A DNA stretch of 63,005 nt, taken from IMG/VR virus record IMGVR_UViG_3300042549_007806; one strand, given 5' to 3'. Position numbers and translations under genes: made by a program. Positions 58,672-63,005 of the stretch are shown piece by piece. The stretch comes from an uncultured virus (IMG/VR IMGVR_UViG_3300042549_007806) (lineage: Duplodnaviria > Heunggongvirae > Uroviricota > Caudoviricetes). The notes below the pieces were generated by a model, which was given only the letters and a program-made list of their open reading frames with translations, was not told where the DNA came from and searched no databases. How positions within the stretch are numbered: position 1 is the first letter of the stretch; each line of letters opens with the position of its first letter.

Positions 58672-59152
58672 ATGTACCGTTAATGTTAATAAATATTTGA
58701 TACATTTTAAATAGTAAATTGGGGGTGACAGTATGTCAGGGGGGAATTGTTGATAAATATTTATTGTATTTTTCTTGATTTTGTCAAAATGTCAGTCACG
58801 ATTCACACAGGGGACAATCCCTTTCCCCACTTTTTACCACACAGGTCTACCACTATTTACCACCACAATCCCCTCTGTTGCTATGATCAGCCTAAAAAAT
58901 CCCCTCTGTAGGGGTCTACAGGACTAGTTTTTTAGGTATATACATTTTCCAGCTAATTTGTGTTCTTATGATGAGGGTGGGCGGGAGACGATAGTCCTAT
59001 AGTTCTTCCAACGATTAGGGGACCTAATGTACCCCCAATTATGTGTCATTTAGTCAGTCCCCAACACTTGTGGTAATATGTGGGACATATTAAACATATC
59101 ACTTATATCAGGTTTAACCTGACAACAATGATATAAAACAACAGTCCCTTCG

Positions 59153-59201
59153 TATATGTTCCTGATCTTATTCACTCCCTTTAATAACGATAGTTTATAT
59201 A
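59153..59201. repeat. 49-bp exact direct repeat (second copy 61268-61316)
   Basis: tatatgttcctgatcttattcactccctttaataacgatagtttatata at both sites. Confidence 0.9.
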
Positions 59202-59560
59202 ACTGAATACCACAGTAGAACATACCATTAAACCACACCATAAGAAATGGGGGACCTGTCTTTAGATGGGGGGAACTTACTAAGTAGTAACTTACCGAAT
59301 GGTAAGTTGTGTATCATGTATACGATCTATACATAAGAACCTCATCATGTATAAAGAATTAGATTTTCTATACATGTATATCGTAACCCCCATTACAGTA
59401 ATGTACATTACGATACTATTCTACATTATGTGTTACACAAAATGTGTAATGATCATTACGATAAAGTATATGTGGTAATTAATGGGACTTATCTCTTATA
59501 GAGATGTAATAGAATATCGGTTAAATGAACGATAATATACGATATCGGTTATATAGACGA

Positions 59561-59650
59561 TAATAAGAGTGTAGAATTAAATTATGAGGTGAATTCCGTA
59601 GTGATAACGAAGGACTATGAACCGAATGAATTAATCCTATACTCTTATTA
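59561..59650. repeat. Inverted-repeat-bounded element, copy 1 of 3 (others 60417-60503 and ~61315-61395)
   Basis: Arms AAGAGTRTAGAATTAA ... TTAA.YCTATACTCTT; shared internal GTAGTGA core. Confidence 0.75.
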
Positions 59651-60304
59651 AAATTTTAAACCAAAGATTAGATTAACACCCATAGGTTTAGTGTCAAAAC
59701 CAAAACCATATACAAACATATCATATTTTTCGAAAAGTACATTTGCCGTAAAATTTAACTTGTATGTGTTTTTTTCACTAACAACTTGATAATAAACATC
59801 TAAGTCTGAGAAAGACTCGTGGTAATCAACTAATTCTAAATTATAAAGTTGGAAATCAAAGTAAGAATTTTCTCTTACTAATTGGTGTCTTTCTTTACAC
59901 ACTCCTAAACCTAAATTGATTCTAATATCTGTACTACCGACAGTTATAATCTCTTTACCAACACCAATATTAAACAATGAGGGTTTAATTGCCGTACCGT
60001 ATCTTGTTGTGATTGTTGATGATTCGTAAACATATGAACCCCACTCTGTAACACCATATGAGTAGTTATCAAAATTTGTCTCTTCAGGAGTTGTCCATGT
60101 TTTAACTCTATCTTGAGCTGGTAACATTCCTCCGATTTTGTAGTCAAAGAAAATAGTGTAGTTTTTTACCGTTTTCTCTACTGAGAATCCCCAAGCCGCT
60201 TTTGGTAAATTACCATTATATAGTAATGAAACTCCTATTTGTTTTTGTGAAAAAGAAACAATTGATACTAAAGAAACAAGAGCAACTAAAAGAAGGTTTT
60301 TCAT
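59648..60304 (-). CDS. Putative outer-membrane beta-barrel protein
   Basis: Signal peptide, alternating beta-strands and C-terminal GVNLIFGLKF; TATCTTTG promoter at 60334-60341. Confidence 0.6.
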   Translation of the reverse strand: MKNLLLVALVSLVSIVSFSQKQIGVSLLYNGNLPKAAWGFSVEKTVKNYTIFFDYKIGGMLPAQDRVKTWTTPEETNFDNYSYGVTEWGSYVYESSTITTRYGTAIKPSLFNIGVGKEIITVGSTDIRINLGLGVCKERHQLVRENSYFDFQLYNLELVDYHESFSDLDVYYQVVSEKNTYKLNFTANVLFEKYDMFVYGFGFDTKPMGVNLIFGLKF

Positions 60305-60506
60305 ATTGTGATGGGGGTTAAATGATTACAATACAAAGATAGTGATATTCCTCATATCTACAATGAAAAAGTCAAGTTTTTTTTAAATAAAAATCCCCTT
60401 ATAAAGAGAGGGGGGAAAGAGTATAGAATTAAATTATGAAACGAAGAATGTAGTGAATGAAATGAACGGTAATGATGAGTGAGTAAATTAAATCTATACT
60501 CTTGAT

Positions 60507-60851
60507 TTATATCTGACAAGTAATATTATTTCCGTTAACCTCACAAGTAATTTGCTTTTCTAATAAAGTCTTTAACTTTAACTCTAATACACTTTTAATC
60601 TTATTGACATCGGAATAGTTTTGTATTTCATATTCTACATATGTTATATCTTCTGAGGTAATCTGCGTAAGATCTGAGATATTTCTTAACTCATTTAATA
60701 TAACATAATCTATTGTGTCTCCATTACACTTATTACACTCTCTTTGTACATCACCATTGATTGTAATATTAACTGTACTCATATCCTCTTTAATTACTCT
60801 ATGGACTAAGTTAATCAATTCACTTTCAGTAAGTCTAATAATTTTTTTCAT
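60507..60851 (-). CDS. Leader-bearing hypothetical protein
   Basis: MKKIIRLTESELINLVHRVIKED. Confidence 0.7.
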   Translation of the reverse strand: MKKIIRLTESELINLVHRVIKEDMSTVNITINGDVQRECNKCNGDTIDYVILNELRNISDLTQITSEDITYVEYEIQNYSDVNKIKSVLELKLKTLLEKQITCEVNGNNITCQI

Positions 60852-61202
60852 TTAACAGAGTTGGTTTGCGTAAGTTATAAAGTCATCAGGTAATTTACTA
60901 TATCCTCTTGGTGGTTTGATAACATTATCACCACACACCTTTACAATTGTAATACCTTCAGGGTTTGTGATATTTGCTGGCGGATTCATCCATTTTAATT
61001 CTATAACCTTTGTATTAAAAGTTTTCTTCTCACCTCTAGGGTTTGTTTTGTCTACAGGTACAGACTTTGTTGAATCACTTACATTAACCACTTGATACTG
61101 ATGAGTTTCTTGCCTCCCATCCATAACAAAACTAAATGTCTTTGTCGGATCAGATACTTCCATAATTTGACGAATTCTATATATACTCTCCTGTAAATTC
61201 AT
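60852..61202 (-). CDS. Leader-bearing hypothetical protein
   Basis: MNLQESIYRIRQIME. Confidence 0.7.
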   Translation of the reverse strand: MNLQESIYRIRQIMEVSDPTKTFSFVMDGRQETHQYQVVNVSDSTKSVPVDKTNPRGEKKTFNTKVIELKWMNPPANITNPEGITIVKVCGDNVIKPPRGYSKLPDDFITYANQLC

Positions 61203-61394
61203 ATTAAATAAATATACCCATATTAAATAAATATACCCATAATATATTATATAAACTGTTATATTCTTATATGTTCCTGATCTTATTCACTCCCTTTAAT
61301 AACGATAGTTTATATATAGGATAAATTTGTGAGGTGAATTCCGTAGTGAGTTTACGAACGGTAGGATGGAGTGAATGATTTGATCGTATACTCT

Positions 61395-61883
61395 TTATTT
61401 ATACTTAAGGATCCTTTGTACTATTGGATTAGATAAGAATTTCTCCGTATCTTTCTTTACTTTATCTACATTACAGAATCTACTATTAAAGAACATATCA
61501 GGGATTGTATCACTTTCTTCATCCCATACATTTATCTCATACTCTTCAGGTGTTATTGTAAGTTGTCTATTATACCAATCATCTATTCTTTCCTCCACCT
61601 TATCCAATGTAATGAATCCATTGGAATCTAATAACTTATCCCCGATCTTTATATATACGTGCAACAAATACTCCTGTTCTATCTCTTCCGTGTCAATATT
61701 AACCTCGTTTGCCAGTAAAAGATAGTAAGTTACGTTTTTGTTCGGGAAACGTTCCCTAATCTTATCTATGATGTTATGTGCGAAGTAATGGCAATACCCG
61801 TGCTGATAGTCGTAATTCCCGTCGTTCCATTTGGACTCAAGGGTTTCTCTTAATATTCTCCTTACTCGTTCTTGTAGATTCAT
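61395..61883 (-). CDS. Leader-bearing protein, possibly a papain/transglutaminase-like fold
   Basis: MNLQERVRRILRETLES; GYCHYFA...LHVY...LLDSNG (Cys-His-Asp). Confidence 0.6.
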   Translation of the reverse strand: MNLQERVRRILRETLESKWNDGNYDYQHGYCHYFAHNIIDKIRERFPNKNVTYYLLLANEVNIDTEEIEQEYLLHVYIKIGDKLLDSNGFITLDKVEERIDDWYNRQLTITPEEYEINVWDEESDTIPDMFFNSRFCNVDKVKKDTEKFLSNPIVQRILKYK

Positions 61884-61919
61884 AATAATAAATATATTAT
61901 AAATAAAAACCCCCCATCT

Positions 61920-62639
61920 TTACAATGAAGGGTCCCCTAATAATTCATTTGTTAGATCTATATACTTAGAATCAATCTCTATCCCTATAAAATCTCTATT
62001 ATTATTTCGAGCCACAATTGCTGAGGTTCCTGATCCTAAGAACGGATCTAAACATAAATCATTCTCTTCTGTCGTTAACAACATACATGTCTCTACTAAC
62101 TTCTTTGGGAATGGTGCTGGATGTTTTGTATTCTTGTCAGGATTGATTATCCACACCTCAGACTGATACTCACTTGGTATCTGATCTTTGAATACCTTAG
62201 GTTTACCCTTTGTTAACCAATAGATATGTTCTGTACACGGCAACAATAGATCCTTTCTAATGTTAGGACTTGACAGACGATTCCATATAATTAATTGATA
62301 TACATTTAAGTCCGACTTGGAGATAAAGTCTGTAGGAAGATGCAACTTGTTCTTATGTCTTCTCGCTTTATGATTGAAGAATATTGATCCATCAGGTTTA
62401 ATGATTCTCTTCATCTCATTTAATACATCGATCATCCAGTTATGGTAATCAACCTCACTTAGATCATCCCCATATGAATCATAGTCAATATTAAATTTCT
62501 TCCATACTTGATTGCCAGGTTTTACCTTACCGATCAATCCTTTCTTGTTATACGGAGGACTTGTAACTATACACGCAATTGAGTCTGATGGGATCTTTCT
62601 CATCTCGTCAATACAATCCCCCATTCTTAAATCTATCAT
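61920..62639 (-). CDS. DNA methyltransferase, N4/N6 beta class (SPPY suggests N4-cytosine)
   Basis: IVTSPPYN, HPAPFP, LDPFLGSGT, FIGIEI. Confidence 0.92.
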   Translation of the reverse strand: MIDLRMGDCIDEMRKIPSDSIACIVTSPPYNKKGLIGKVKPGNQVWKKFNIDYDSYGDDLSEVDYHNWMIDVLNEMKRIIKPDGSIFFNHKARRHKNKLHLPTDFISKSDLNVYQLIIWNRLSSPNIRKDLLLPCTEHIYWLTKGKPKVFKDQIPSEYQSEVWIINPDKNTKHPAPFPKKLVETCMLLTTEENDLCLDPFLGSGTSAIVARNNNRDFIGIEIDSKYIDLTNELLGDPSL

Positions 62640-62651
62640 ACTTAAATATAA

Positions 62652-63005
62652 TTATTTTCTCTCAGAAATCAATTCCTTGATCTTCTCATAATTGTGATGA
62701 AATTGTAGACCTCCCTGATGAAATTGTAGGTGACCAAATGGTAACTGAATGGTTGTTCCTCCATTCTTTGTTCCATATATAACATCACGCCCTTTTGATT
62801 TCTCAATGATCTCGTTGATGTCAAATTTCTCATTAACTTGGTTGTCACCGAGTTTGTTAACATACCATAAGATGTCAACCCAATCACCTTCATTTTTGCT
62901 CCATCCCTTCTTAAAAACCAACTCCGTGATGTTGTGTAAGTTGTCCTTGAACCATAACTTAAACTCATTTGAGAGATCCTCATTATATTTGATCAAAGTC
63001 TCAGT
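62652..63005 (-). CDS. 5'-truncated ORF, possibly a restriction endonuclease paired with the MTase
   Basis: Frame is open to the window edge; 12 nt from the MTase start; no catalytic motif visible. Confidence 0.4.
   Translation of the reverse strand, partial: TETLIKYNEDLSNEFKLWFKDNLHNITELVFKKGWSKNEGDWVDILWYVNKLGDNQVNEKFDINEIIEKSKGRDVIYGTKNGGTTIQLPFGHLQFHQGGLQFHHNYEKIKELISERK

Noticed and set aside
59050..59241. 63-aa ORF in the non-coding region
   Set aside because: No promoter motif or recognisable features, and it overlaps a 49-bp repeat that is intergenic elsewhere
1..63005. Alternative genetic code, or eukaryotic giant-virus origin
   Set aside because: Genes translate full length with standard stops; peptidoglycan enzymes, T9SS domains and intrinsic terminators indicate a bacteriophage

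Overview
This AT-rich window looks like part of a very large (jumbo) tailed-phage genome, probably infecting Bacteroidota. The host inference rests on TAnnTTTG promoters, a T9SS type-B sorting domain and an outer-membrane beta-barrel. 1-25 kb holds protein-modification enzymes: an AAH/TibC-like glycosyltransferase fused to an FkbM methyltransferase, two GT2s, two 2OG-Fe(II) oxygenases and an FAD oxidoreductase. These sit next to two giant (2961 and 2698 aa) G-T-[N/S] collagen-like fibre proteins and Pro-Thr repeat proteins. 25-62 kb holds dozens of mostly minus-strand genes, many preceded by an oriented TATTTAT motif. About 22 of them encode unrelated cargo domains behind shared N-terminal leaders with [ILV]-x-E sites, a candidate capsid-targeting and prohead-protease-cleaved system. 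Recognisable genes include a GH19 endolysin, NlpC/P60, an M15-like peptidase, a PAP2 phosphatase, UvrC-like, a SlyD-like PPIase and a DNA methyltransferase. 57.4-61.4 kb is rich in non-coding structure (G-tracts, duplications, a 3-copy hairpin element). No rRNA, tRNA or CRISPR array was seen. All calls are from motif recognition by eye; no searches were run.
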